Origin: Schmidtea polychroa
Taxonomy: Eukaryota
Assembly (NCBI GenBank): GCA_044892525.1
Contig: CM097885.1
Coordinates: forward strand, 49,354,001 to 49,418,000
Reading direction: 5' to 3'
Length of the DNA: 64,000 nt
Both the position numbers and the translations under genes were made by a program. Of this stretch, positions 52,352 through 64,000 are shown in pieces (position 1 is the first letter of the stretch; each line of letters begins with the position of its first letter). Below the pieces are notes generated by a model that was given only the letters and a program-made list of their open reading frames with translations, was not told the DNA's origin and searched no databases.

Positions 52352-53473
52352 ATGGCGACCCTGGCAATGATCAATAAAATGATCCCGGATATTTACGATG
52401 GTAGTGTCGATGTAGACGTTTTTATTGGAGAACGCAAGAGGTATTTCCAATTATGTGGACTAGAACAAGCCAGCCAAAGTATGATGATCAAATGTTTAAT
52501 CGCAAGAGAGTTGTTGCCAATTTATGAAGCAATAGAAGAAAATGAAATTTGTTTTGAAGACAGATTGAAAAAGGCTTTCAAGAAACCAACGACGTTGATA
52601 GGGGATTTTCTAACCCTCTGTAATTATGAAAAGAACGATGATACTGCCCCAGTATATTTCGAAAAAATAGAAAAGATGGTTGACCAAGTTCTGAAGCACA
52701 AATGGGACAAGAAAGAATTAATGTCATATTTTTTGGTCCATTGTATCAAAGACAAGGATACACAGAAAGAAATAAAGATGAGAGATGCGATGAGCGTCAA
52801 CGAAATAAAAGGAGTGATAAAGAATGTCGTTGCTATAAACATTGAAGTATCCGGAATTTCAGTTTTGAATAGAAGGAAGGAAACGTTTGCGAGTATTGTC
52901 AAGACAAGACAAGGATTTGCCGATAGACAGAATCAGAGCAGAACTTTTACAAATTCACAACGAAGTGAACACTGATATGATTCAACACCGATGATGAAAG
53001 CCGATAATTTCCAGAACAGATTCCAACAAAGAGAAATGCCGGTTAGAAGCAGACCAGTTATTACATGTTGGAATTGTCAGAAGGTGGGTCATATGAGTCG
53101 AGAATGTCGGAATCCAAGGGTTCAGAAATGCTTCCAATGTGGAAAAGAAGGGCACCAATCCAGAGAGTGCAATCAGAGAACACAGAATGCAGAGATGAGA
53201 TGTTTTGCGTGTAAAGATATTGGACACAACAGAAGAGAATGCCCATCAATATCGTGCTCAGGATGCGGTCGAAGAGGCCACCTACGATTTCAATGCTGGA
53301 ATCAGACAGGCAGAAGAAGATATGCAGACGAACGGGGACCACCGAGACGGACACAGGTAGCCGTGTTTCAGACTGATCAAGCCGAGAACGTCGAAAAGAT
53401 TTCATGCCAAGATGAAGACTACCCAAACCAAGAAGCTCCATCGTTGGGCGAGATGATCGGAGCAATGAATTAA
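52352..53473 (+). pseudogene. gag with four CCHC zinc knuckles; in-frame TGA at 52973-52975
   Basis: CWNCQKVGHMSREC, CFQCGKEGHQSREC, CFACKDIGHNRREC, CSGCGRRGHLRFQC. Confidence 0.9.
53422..53463 (+). promoter_or_regulatory. Putative -1 ribosomal frameshift signal (C CCA AAC + hairpin), Gypsy B
   Basis: Heptamer at 53422-53428, 6-nt spacer, GCTCCATC/GATCGGAGC stem; the -1 frame stays open past the gag stop. Confidence 0.7.
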
Positions 53474-53517
53474 TGGGTAATAATGACGATTGTGTATGCC
53501 AGTATAATTGTATAAGT

Positions 53518-53610
<93 letters not shown>

Positions 53611-56600
53611 GTATTAGTAGTAAAGTGAATAGTATAATTCCTTTTGTAAATAATGTAGAAAATATTAATAATAACGTGAATAGTATAAGTCCTTTAGTAG
53701 ATAATTTAAATAAAGTAAATAATAAAAGGTTGGATGAGAATAATGTAATCAGAAATAATGGTAGCAGTAGAATTGTAGGAAATATCGATTTAGTTGGAAA
53801 AAAATAATGAGCTAGAAACAAATTTTAAAAAAGCAAATCAATGTGATATAATAGAAAGTGTAAAAAATAAAGTTACGGATATTCATGATGCAATTATTTT
53901 AAATATGCCTAATGAAAACAATTTTGAAAAAATAAAAATTGATGACGATAATAAAAAAGAATGTAAAAATAATTGTACTCAGATTTTATCGATAGATGAC
54001 GTAAAAAAATTAAAAAAACCAGAAAATATGATTTATGTACATAATGAAAAGGATAAAATATTTGATACATGTGACTGTAAAATACAATATAGAAGTGATA
54101 CATATTTGAAGAAGGATGAGTATAATATTGTTTATAATAAAATGGGTGGACGTCCAAGTGTAATAATAGGCATAAATAATTACTTTAAGAATTGTTTGTT
54201 GGATACAGGAGCTAGAATGAATGTAATTGATAGTTCGATTATAAAGGAGATCGGAAATCCAGTTTTAAACGAACACGGAGACAAAATCTGGTGCGCAAAT
54301 GGTAGTCCATTAAAAACTTTGGGAAGAATCAAGCTTAGAATAAATATAGGAAGTAGAGAAGAAAATATTGTTTTTGTAGTAGTTGAAAATGATTCTCCAT
54401 CGATAATTGGAGGAATCGATTTATTACGTAGGTTTGACATAAAACTAATGAAAGTTATCGGAAATAACATCGAAAATGCAAGCGAATATAATAATATTGA
54501 AATATACAACATTGAAGCCAAATTTGGGAAAAGAACGAATGATGAACTTCGATTTAAAAGAGCAATAGAATTAATAGGATTAAAGTGTGACAACAAACTT
54601 TATGGAGTAATAAAAAAAATGCCGAAGTATTTATGATAGATAAGTGGGATATAGGCAAAACCAATCTATTAAAGCATGATATTAAAACTGTTGAAGGACC
54701 AATCCATTTGAACCCAAGAAGACAGCCAGCCCACCTAGAAGAAAAGATTGAAGAAGCTATTAAAAATTTGGAAGAAAACGGCATAATTAGGAAGTGTGAC
54801 TCACCGTGGAAAACGCCGTTAGTATGTGTCTGGAAGAAGGAGAAAAATGATATTCGATTATGTTTAGATTTTAAAAGTTTAAATAAAATGACAGAAAGAC
54901 AAATCTTCCCAATGCCTAATATCGAACAGATTTTAGATTCATTAAATGGATCACTGTACTTTAGCACCATTGATCTGGGAAGCGCGTATTATCAGGTTGA
55001 ATTGACAGCAAATTCGCAAGAAAAGACAGCGTTCTAAACAAGATCTGGGCAGTTCTGCTATAATAGGATGCCATTCGGGATTGCTGCTGCTCCAGCTACA
55101 TTCCAAAAATTAATGAATATGGTTTTAGGAAAATTATTATGGAAAATTGCTATAGTATATTTAGATGATATTTTAATATTCTCAAAAGACAAAGAAGATC
55201 ATATAAAAAGAATAAATGAAGTATTAGAAAAAATAAAAGAAGCAGGATTGAGAATAAATCCTGAAAAATGCAAATTTTTGGTGAAGGAAACAAAATTTCT
55301 TGGACACATTATAACTTGCGAAGGTGTTAAAGTCGATGAAGCTAAAATAGAAGCAATAAAAGGGTTTCAAAGACCAAAATGTTCAAAGCAATTGAGGAGT
55401 TTCTTAGGACTGTGTAATTATTACAGAAAATTTATAAAAAAATTATTCAAAATTCGCAAGAATATTAGAATCGATGTGCGGAAACAATAAAGACAGGTTA
55501 GTTTGGTCACAAGAATGCCAAGAAAGTTTTGAGGAATTGAAGAAAGCGCTATCAACTACACCAGTTCTAATATATCCTGAATATGAGAAAGAATTTATTT
55601 TGGATACGGATGCTAGTTTCGACACTATAGGAGCTGTTTTGTCACAGATTGATGATCTAGGTAATGAACGTGTTATTGCCTATGGTTCACATACGATGAG
55701 TAAACATGAAATAGGATACTGTATCACGAGAAAGGAACTTTTAGCAATTTATTACTTTGCACAGCATTTTAAGCACTATCTTTACGGCAAGCGATTCCAG
55801 CTAAGAACGGATCACAAGGCTATAACATTTATGATGACAACAAAAAAACCTATAACGGCACAATTTCAGACATGGATAAACTTCTTGAGTAGTTTAGATA
55901 TGGATATTAAATATCGAAAAGGAATTGACCATTCGAACGCTGACGCATTATCGAGAGATAAATGTGGGAAATGTACACAGTGTATGGAAATCCATGAAGA
56001 TGCCAAGACAGAGAAAGTAAAAACCAGATTGTTGGCAATGACAGCTACTAAACATGGATTGCAATGGCAAAAAGGTAATGAAGAGATAGAACATATAAGA
56101 AAAGTAATTGATAAAAATGAGACTACAAGATTTAAAATCATCGAAGATTTAATTTTAACAAGAGAAAATAAAATTTGGATTCCAAAAGTAAATAGAATAG
56201 AATTTGTCAAAGAGATGCACAAAATGTTGTGTCACGCTGGATGCAAGAAGGTAATCGATTATATAAAAGTTAATTACGATATGGAGGAATTAAATACAAT
56301 CGCGACTCAATATATTCAAAGTTGTGAAATATGCCAGAAACGAAAAACATTGACAACAAAAACAAAAGAAATAATTGTAAAAACACAAGTGGCGGAACCG
56401 TTTGAGGTTATAGCGATAGATTTTTGTGAACCTTTGCAGGCAAACATTCATGGAAAGAAATATATTTTGGGAATTATAGATATGTGTAGTCGATACATTT
56501 CGTTGACAGCAGTAGCAAAGCAGGACGAAAAAACTACAGCGGATACTATTGTGAAATTCTGGATATTAAAATACGGGGCACCGAGAATTATTCATGTTGA

Positions 56601-57174
56601 TTGTGAAAAAACATTTGAGTCTAACTTGATAAAAGAGTTGGCTAAGAATCACAATATACAGCTACAATTTTCTAGCCCTTATCATCATAACACTAATGGT
56701 TTGATTGAAAGACAATTTCGAACAATACGAGATTTTATCAGTACATCATTAAGAGATAAACTTAAGAGAAATTGGGTTGAAGTGTTACCTGAAATTGAGT
56801 TTACTTTAAATGCTACAATTCAAAGCACAACTGGAAAGAGTCCATCAGAAGCAGTATTTGGTTTTCGGATATCTAGAGAATGGAACAATAATAAAAGAAT
56901 ATACGACGATAGAAGTAAAATAGTGGAGGAAGTGCAATCAAAACAAAGAAATTTAAATTATAAAAATGAGAACCGAATACACCGAAAATTCGATATAAAT
57001 GAAGAAGTTTTAGTTAAAGTAGATTTGAGAAAAAAAGAGGAGGACCGATATACAGGACCTTTCGTAATTGTTAGAAAAATCCATGCAAATAGTTATGAAT
57101 TACGAGACAGAGATGGGAAAATTATAATTCGCAACGTTGAATGGCTAAAACCTTTTAAACGGGGGAGATGTTAG
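53422..57174 (+). pseudogene. pol (protease, RT, RNase H, integrase), disrupted
   Basis: LLDTGA, YLDD, LDTDAS..KELLA..TDH, HAG..CEICQ, IDF..HVD..NGLIER, YTGPF; (TA)n at 53519-53603, A-run frameshifts, stop at 55035-55037. Confidence 0.93.
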
Positions 57175-58125
57175 GGATATTAAAATAATTAATTTATAAA
57201 TAAAATATATATTATAATATAAGAAAAAGTATAATAAGTATAAAAGCTGGCACGCATAATTAGCATTATTATTTAATTAATTAATTCGCCATTTAAATCG
57301 GGTGTTTTAATAATACCAGATTTAGGCAATAATTTGTATTTTGTATTTTGTATTAAAAATAAATATTTATAGATTATTAACTGGTTATTATTAACAAAGG
57401 TCATTGTCAATTAAGAAGTACAAATGATTGTGGAATTTCAAATTCCAGAAAAACAAAATAGTGGGAAAAGCCGTATCTTGACAGCTTGTCAAAGATAGCG
57501 AAATTGTCGGGAGAAGGCGGCTTAACATAAAAAGGAAAATGGAAAAATATCTTGATATCTGTCAGAGATAAGACTGACGTAGAGGAAAAGTAAAATGGAA
57601 AACAGAATCTGTTGCCAGTGCCACAAATGAAACCGACTATATAAAGCAGAACAGTTGACCGAGAAACCAGAGCAAAAAGTAGAACAAAGCAGAACGAAAT
57701 TAGGAACAAAATTAGAGACAAAAAGAGTTAAAAGGAGAATCAAAAATAGAGTGAAACAAGAAGTGACGAGAATCTTTTGTAAAATTAAATATAAAATGGA
57801 AGTGGAGTAAATAAATTGTGTGGTCAAAGCAAATAGAACAATCGATCAACGTATCCTGTAATTGAGTAGTTGACGGCTAGAAATTATTGTTGTGATTACA
57901 CAAAGGACTATTCTTCACGTAGTGTCGAAATAAGCTCTGTGTGGTAAATTGGTTTATAGTTAATTGGTTGTAATTGAAATTTGTACAATCCCGTGTGGAT
58001 ATTAATAAAGCTTATCGTGTTCGAGAGTGTTGACTTAATAAACACGATTTGGAGTCAGAGTAAAAGTTTGAATTTACAAATATTGTCACCAACTTAATAA
58101 CCCAACACAAGCATGTTATTGATAT

Positions 58126-59141
58126 TGTTGAGGATAGTTAAATGATAAATAGCATAATAAATAAGTAAATTACCTGGAAGGAGATCGCTATGACAAAAAG
58201 GATGATCTATGGGAACTCAGAAAAGAAAACGGAAGTAAAAGGAAATGAAAAATGAGAAAGATAAATCAAATAAAACAAAACAAACAAAAATTTTAAACAA
58301 AGGTCATTGTTAATTGAAAAGTACAAATAAAGGAGGAATTACAGATTGCAGAAAAAGAAAAAAGATGGGGAAAGACGTATCTTGACAGCCTGTCAAAGAT
58401 AGCGAAAGTCGGCACAACATGAAAAGGGGAAAACAGGGAATATCTTGATATCTGTCAGAGATAAGGCTGAAGTAGCGGGTAACATAGAGAAAAATGAAAA
58501 TGGAAAACAAAATTTGTCTCCAGTGCTACAAATGAAACAGACTATATAAAGCGGAACAGTTGACCGAGAAATTAGAACAAAAGTAGAACAAAGTAGAGAC
58601 GGAAAATTAGAGACAAAATCGAGGCAACGAGAGAAGAAAACGAGAATTAAAAGGAGTTAAATTTAGAGAGTTAAAAAGGAGAATCAAAGTGAGAATCAAA
58701 GGGAGAATCAAAGGGAGAATCAAAGGGAGAATCAAAGGGAGAATTTAAAGGAACAATTAAAGGGAGAATTAATCAGTGTTCAGAACAGAGTGAAATGAGA
58801 AGTGACGAGAATCTATTGTAAAATTAAATATAAAGTGGAAGTGGAGTAAATAATTTTGTGTTCAAAGCAAATAGAACAATCGATCAACATACCCTGTAAT
58901 TGAGTAGTTGACGGTTAGTGATTATTGTTGTATGGGCTATTCTTCACGTAGTGTCGAAATAAGCTCTGTGTGATAAATTGATATAGTTAATTGGTTATAA
59001 TTGGAATTTATACGATCCAATGTGAATATTAATGAAGCTTGTCGTGTTCGAGAGTGTTAAATTGTGAATTAATAAACACACTTTGGAGTCAGAGTAAAAG
59101 TTTGAATTTACAAACATTGTTACCAACTCAATAACCCAACA
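58126..59141 (+). mobile_element. Solo LTR (1016 bp), TSD ATAT, with internal 11-bp tandem repeat GGGAGAATCAA (~58678-58770)
   Basis: TGTTG...CAACA; ATAT at 58122-58125 and 59142-59145. Confidence 0.9.
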
Positions 59142-60386
59142 ATATATTGTGTTCTAATAACAGAATTCTATTACAATAAAAAATAAAAATTTATATAATA
59201 GATTTATTTTTGCTTTTTTATCAGTTCCTTCAAAAACAACTAAATTTTTAAAAGTCAAAACTGTCAAAACTGTCAAAACTGTCAAAACTTGAATGAACAT
59301 GACAATAACAATATTGACAATTAGTTAGAGAGATTAAAGGGAAATAGCCAATTTCATAGTCAATTTTCCTTTATTTCCTCTTTATCTTTTAAATTACATT
59401 ATTTCAAATCACTTACATAATTTTTAACAGTTGAATTGAATGTTTGTTTGTATAGGGAAATTTTTACGTAATTGCTATTATTAGGATACATTTAAATTGT
59501 TTTCTTTTTATGTAATCAAATCCTTTTGTAATCAAATATTACAATACAAGCTAGAGATGTTTCAAATCAAAGAGCAGTCCACCAAGTTAGATTGTTTTCT
59601 TTTATCCTTTTGTCATTATTTGATACAAACGTTTTGAAATTCATTTTCTAAGTGATCAACATTAACAATGAGCTGCCCATAGAAAATAGATGTCACAGAA
59701 TGAAGATATGATAGCCTAAAAGAATAATCTCCTAACTGTCATATTGATGAAAGGTTTTTAATAACTTGACAACATTTAATGATGAAATAACGAACTAGTT
59801 ACTTCTTCAATATATAGCCTTCTTACAAATTTTGATTACTTTATTGATACTATACGATGAGAAATTATTATCATTTGATATTATGAAGTCGAAGTTTTAA
59901 TTTTTATGCAATAATAATGAGATCTTCCGATTGACTAGTAAAAATTCTTTCATCTTGATCCCCATACTCCGATGCAGAATGGGATTTTCGATAACCAGGA
60001 TTTTCTTATATAAACACACTAATTTTTTATTTATGATAACTTAGTCCCTTTTCAAAACAAATGGAAAGAACCAGTATGACAATTTATGCCTAATCCTAAC
60101 TCAAACCATAATATTCACTCGTACATAACCCCTTAAACCTTGGCCCAAAGCTCAGTTTGGGCATACTTTACTTTTAAAAATGACCAGACCCCAGGCTAGT
60201 TCGACCAACGTGAAAACATTACATACTCGAATTGAACCCGGGCATGTATAATAATTCAAATTAAAGAAAATAGTATCACTTATGAATTTATAGACATTTA
60301 TATTTTTATCAATATATTTCATATATATATATAGTGAATTATATATAAATAATAAATTAGTTTAATTATGTAATGAAAAAAAAATA

Positions 60387-60467
60387 CTCCCTCTGTCCAA
60401 AAATGATAGTCCAGTTGCAAATTACGATTTAAAGTCAAACTGGATTATCATTTTTGGACAGAGGGAG
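60387..60467. mobile_element. 81-bp Stowaway-like hairpin MITE, TA TSD
   Basis: TA|CTCCCTCTGTCCAAAAATGATA...TATCATTTTTGGACAGAGGGAG|TA. Confidence 0.88.
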
Positions 60468-60589
60468 TATTTTTTACCTCTTTTCTAAAACAAAGCGTTA
60501 AGGAGTTGAATATTTTGCAAACTATATAGTTCAGTTGCATATAGTTCATACTAATTTACATTGATGATTGAATATATTTTTGGGTTATT

Positions 60590-61088
60590 ATTGTAAGGAT
60601 TTCAGCTTGGGGAGGGCAAAATTATTAACTAGTGCAATTCATCGAGAAATGTTAAAAGTTGACACGGAAAATAGAAAGAAATATTTTAAGATAATTAACA
60701 AATTTATTATAAATTATTAACAATGTATATTATATAGAATATATCAAAAAGTATTTCATCCGGACTTTTAATATCTTGATGAATATATAACAAAGCCAAC
60801 CCGTTTAACCTTTTTCATCCATGGTATTTCTTAAATATGACTTCAGGTATTTAAGTGATGAAAAAGAACGCTCTGCTGTAGAATTTAATACCGGCAAAGT
60901 AGCAAATATTGTGAGAAGAATATAAATATTTTTTTAGAAAATTGGAACACATATTGCTAATGTATCTACAGCAGTAGTTGGTTTGAATTTTAATTTCTTC
61001 AAATTTTTTGTACCTTAATTTATATATGAGAATCTATAATTTATTTGGGGGATCAAATGCCCCCTATGCCCACCTAGCTACATTACTC
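60590..61088 (-). mobile_element. hAT non-autonomous remnant with dimerisation-domain relic
   Basis: Minus strand IFATLPVLNSTAERSFSSLKYLKSYLRNTMDEKRLNGLALLYI (~60780-60910); GC-rich ends. Confidence 0.7.
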
Positions 61089-61189
61089 GTAAAGTCAGTA
61101 CCACAATTTCACTCCATCTGCAATTTAGTTGAATTAAAACAATCACACCCAACAGAATAGATTTTATTTAATTTCACCACAAATACATT

Positions 61190-61958
61190 TGTTGGGTTTT
61201 ATGATATCAAAATCAACCGTTGGTTACTCTGACTCCACGTGTTCCAAAATCAATAAACACAAACTCCCAAAGTATATTTGTTTTATAAAAATTTACAACT
61301 CTCAACAATTAATTACACTTTTGGTTAACCACAATTCTCACACAATTTCAGATCGGACTCCGCTCTGGAAGGTCTCAACCTTGTACGATTAAAAAATTAA
61401 GTTTCACCTTTTGATTTAGTTCCGCTCTCTGATCCAATCTCTTTTGACACTCCTTGTCTAACTCTTCAGTTTTTCCTATAATTCTTTTTCTTCTTTTTCT
61501 CTATTCCTCTAACTCCTAATGTCGTTTTCTTATTTCCCTACCTAAGGCTATCGCCCATTATGTAAATTTTGAGTTTTTTATATATTCCCATAATCATTGT
61601 AATTATGGGTTTCCTATTAGCCAATTAATTAGTTAATTAATATTTTACGTTTTTTCACATTTGTTTGTTTTACGACCCTTTCTAAACATTTTCTAACAAT
61701 TTCTTGCTCACTGTCTTCTTCACCATCCCCTAATCTACCCCTCTCCCGTTTTCCAGCTTCAATTTCAATAACTTTTCACTTTAGTCCACTTCCTCAGGTT
61801 TGCGCATTTTCCATTTCATGTCTGATTGTACCCTTTTATAGTTCTGTTTTTATCATATCTTTCTTTGCCATTACTTCTCTGCTTGACCGCCATTCAATTT
61901 CGGTTTTCCTTTTAATCTGAACTATATAATTTAATAATTTACTTTTAGAACCTCAACA
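61190..61958 (-). mobile_element. Solo LTR (769 bp), TSD CATT
   Basis: TGTTG...CAACA termini; CATT at 61186-61189 and 61959-61962; related to 36102-37184. Confidence 0.88.
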
Positions 61959-62125
61959 CATTTATGTATATATAGGAGAAAAATAGAAAGAACATTTTAA
62001 AATATTTTATCATTAGAAATTCACCTACAATAATTGAAAGTTTTTTAAACAATAAATAAAGTAAATACAAAAACACATTTCAATGCTAACTTTAAATTAA
62101 GTGCGAAAAAAGATGTCTGTGAAAA

Positions 62126-63073
62126 TTAATCTGTGAGACTTGGTTCAATAATATTCGAATGTTTATGAAAAAAAGATTTCATAACTTTATAAATTCTCAA
62201 CCGGAAACTCCTCACCATTACGAACAGTATAATTGGATTCATGCTGCTATTAAATGCTGTGAAGAATACACCAATCAATTGTAAAGGGGTCCCGAAAATA
62301 TAATAGACAAATTTCCAATAGCCCAACATGTAATAAATAGCGTCATATGATATTGTCAGCAAAAATATTACAGTAATCGCAACTGTTGCTTGAGTCAATG
62401 TTCTTGATGATGATCTTGTCCTTGTAGATTGGGATTTATCCACTATAAAACTAAGTTGAATGATAACTCTTATGTATAAATATATCATCACAACTGCTGG
62501 GATTCCATAAACGGATAAAAACCAAATAATTGAATAAGCTTTAAAGAAATCATCTATTATTTGACCCTGGAAAGCATAGACAGACAAACAACTGCCATTT
62601 TTATACGAAGTTTGAATGAATGCTGAAGACACAATAATTCCACTTCCTAAATATATTGAAACCATGATGCTGATTACTTTTTTTAGAAAGTTTTCCTTGT
62701 AATGTTGTGGAGTTATAGTTGCCCAATATCTGTCAACGGCTGTAAAAATTAAATTGAAAACTCCGGCTATAACTATCCACCAGAAAACTGCTTGACCTGT
62801 CCAGGCATGACAGAACAATGTGTCAATAATCAAAATATTAGTTGACACCGGATCCGGAAATATAATTAATATTAACGTAAAGAGACAAATTAAACAGTCT
62901 AGAAATGACTGATTTCTCAATAAAGCTGTTGTCAATTTTGATGGTAAACCTTTAATGAGTAACGAAATAAAAAGTATCAGGTTCATAAAGAACCCTATGA
63001 AAACAGTAATTCCTAAAATTGAATTAAACACTTTTGTTTGATCACTATTCAATTTTTCTTGATCAAGTTTCAT
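62126..63073 (-). CDS. Intronless rhodopsin-class orphan GPCR, 315 aa
   Basis: LRNQSFLD, FCHAW, AVDRYWAT, YGIP, NSSMNPIIL; paralogue of the genes at 24938 and 9458. Confidence 0.92.
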   Translation of the reverse strand: MKLDQEKLNSDQTKVFNSILGITVFIGFFMNLILFISLLIKGLPSKLTTALLRNQSFLDCLICLFTLILIIFPDPVSTNILIIDTLFCHAWTGQAVFWWIVIAGVFNLIFTAVDRYWATITPQHYKENFLKKVISIMVSIYLGSGIIVSSAFIQTSYKNGSCLSVYAFQGQIIDDFFKAYSIIWFLSVYGIPAVVMIYLYIRVIIQLSFIVDKSQSTRTRSSSRTLTQATVAITVIFLLTISYDAIYYMLGYWKFVYYIFGTPLQLIGVFFTAFNSSMNPIILFVMVRSFRLRIYKVMKSFFHKHSNIIEPSLTD

Positions 63074-63246
63074 TTTTTATTTATTGAAAAAAATTAAATT
63101 TTAATCTAATTTAATAGACTCAATCACCCAATGAAATTTGAATAAAAATTTATGTTTACCAATTAATAAATATTTAGAAAATTAAATGAATTATTATTTA
63201 TATTACAGCAATTATTATTATTATTATTATTATTATATGTCATATA

Positions 63247-63637
63247 GAGGTTTGGATTAACCATTAGGCAAACAAGGCACGTGCCTTGGGCATCAAGCGT
63301 TTGGGAGCACCACAAGTCCACAAGGAAAGTTTTTTGAACAAATTTAGGTCCAGAAACAACTGAAAATTGAACAAGTGCTATGAAAATGAAGAAGTAGATT
63401 ATAATGAAAATTCACATTCAAGTTTGGTAAAATATTGAATGCTTAAAAATTACGCGCATAAAAAATTTTAAAAACTCCTGGTAAATGGTAATGACTAAAA
63501 TGTTAACAACTGTTTTCTTTTCATAATATTGAACATACTAGAGGTCACGGTCAGTGAAAGATCAGGGGCCCGGGCAGAAGGTGGTACCCATGTGGGTTTA
63601 ATGGGTTTGAGCACTAAAATGGCTTAATCCGGCCCTG
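63247..63637. mobile_element. hAT MITE, TSD GTCATATA
   Basis: 8-bp TSD at 63239-63246 and 63638-63645; right TIR TTAATCCGGCCCTG, diverged left TIR GAGGTTTGGATTAA. Confidence 0.8.
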
Positions 63638-64000
63638 GTCATATACATTTAAATGACTACCTGTAATATCCGTACTCAAGTTTTCGATCATTTTCATTTG
63701 AAGGCATTTTTTAATATCTGTGAGCACAATAATGAATTTAAGAAAAATGTATATACAAATAATTAGGTGCTTGTGTTTGATACATGGAAACTAATGTGCA
63801 AGATTATTTGAATATAAAATTATGTTATATAAGAATGGAAGAATTATTAAATTTAATAAAAGATGCTTGTTTAAATTAAAAATTTTAAATAATTATTTAA
63901 TTTTACAAACTAATTTTATTAAAAAATATGATTTATTTTTAACTACTTATTCAAAATTAAACAATGAATTATTTGTAAGATTTTATAATTTGATCGATTT

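Larger units (their letters stand above)
52132..57396 (+). mobile_element. Full-length Ty3/Gypsy retrotransposon B, TSD AAGGT
   Basis: LTRs 52132-52352 and 57169-57396 (TG..CA); 5-bp TSD at 52127-52131 and 57397-57401; PBS TGGCGACCCTGGCA (tRNA-Arg-like) at 52353; PPT GGGGGAGA at 57161-57168; gag-PR-RT-RNaseH-IN order. Confidence 0.97.
51985..58107 (+). mobile_element. Solo LTR (51985-52131 + 57402-58107) split by Gypsy B
   Basis: TGTTGAGGATA...CCCAACA; flanks CTAG/CAAG; colinear with the solo LTR at 58126-59141. Confidence 0.88.

Noticed and set aside
51985..59141. One large LTR element bounded by the 51985 and 58126 LTRs
   Set aside because: The coding region has its own short LTRs and TSD, and each large LTR has separate flanking duplications.

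Overview
Very AT-rich eukaryotic (invertebrate) genomic DNA dominated by nested transposons. The ~45-nt introns, (ATT)n/(TA)n tracts and repeat content suggest a planarian flatworm, but that is inference. Host genes: three intronless, paralogous rhodopsin-class orphan GPCRs (9458-10324 +, 24938-25849 +, 62126-63073 -) and a five-exon Ctr/SLC31 copper transporter (37860-49815 +) that the ORF track misses. The most striking item is a 6.4-kb Polinton/Maverick-type insertion (967-7371). It has an exact 6-bp TSD (ATAATC) and 5'-AGTAG...CTACT-3' ends, splits a hAT transposase, and encodes only a protein-primed DNA polymerase B. Three in-frame GT-AG introns are predicted at the 5' end of that gene. 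One end of the element is a 387-bp module with its own 35-bp TIRs, and a diverged copy of this module recurs at 26828. Nearby are three more pPolB relics and a Polinton ATPase/integrase remnant abutting a proteasome alpha-6 fragment. Also present: two Ty3/Gypsy elements sharing a CCCAAAC + hairpin -1 frameshift signal; five solo LTRs or LTR remnants sharing a (T)GGAGTCAGA motif; three Penelope elements sitting in (ATT)n tracts, one with a 1.09-kb inverted repeat and a hammerhead ribozyme pair; and many hAT, piggyBac, Merlin, Tc1/mariner and Stowaway-like MITEs. All homology calls come from recognising motifs by eye; no database searches were run.
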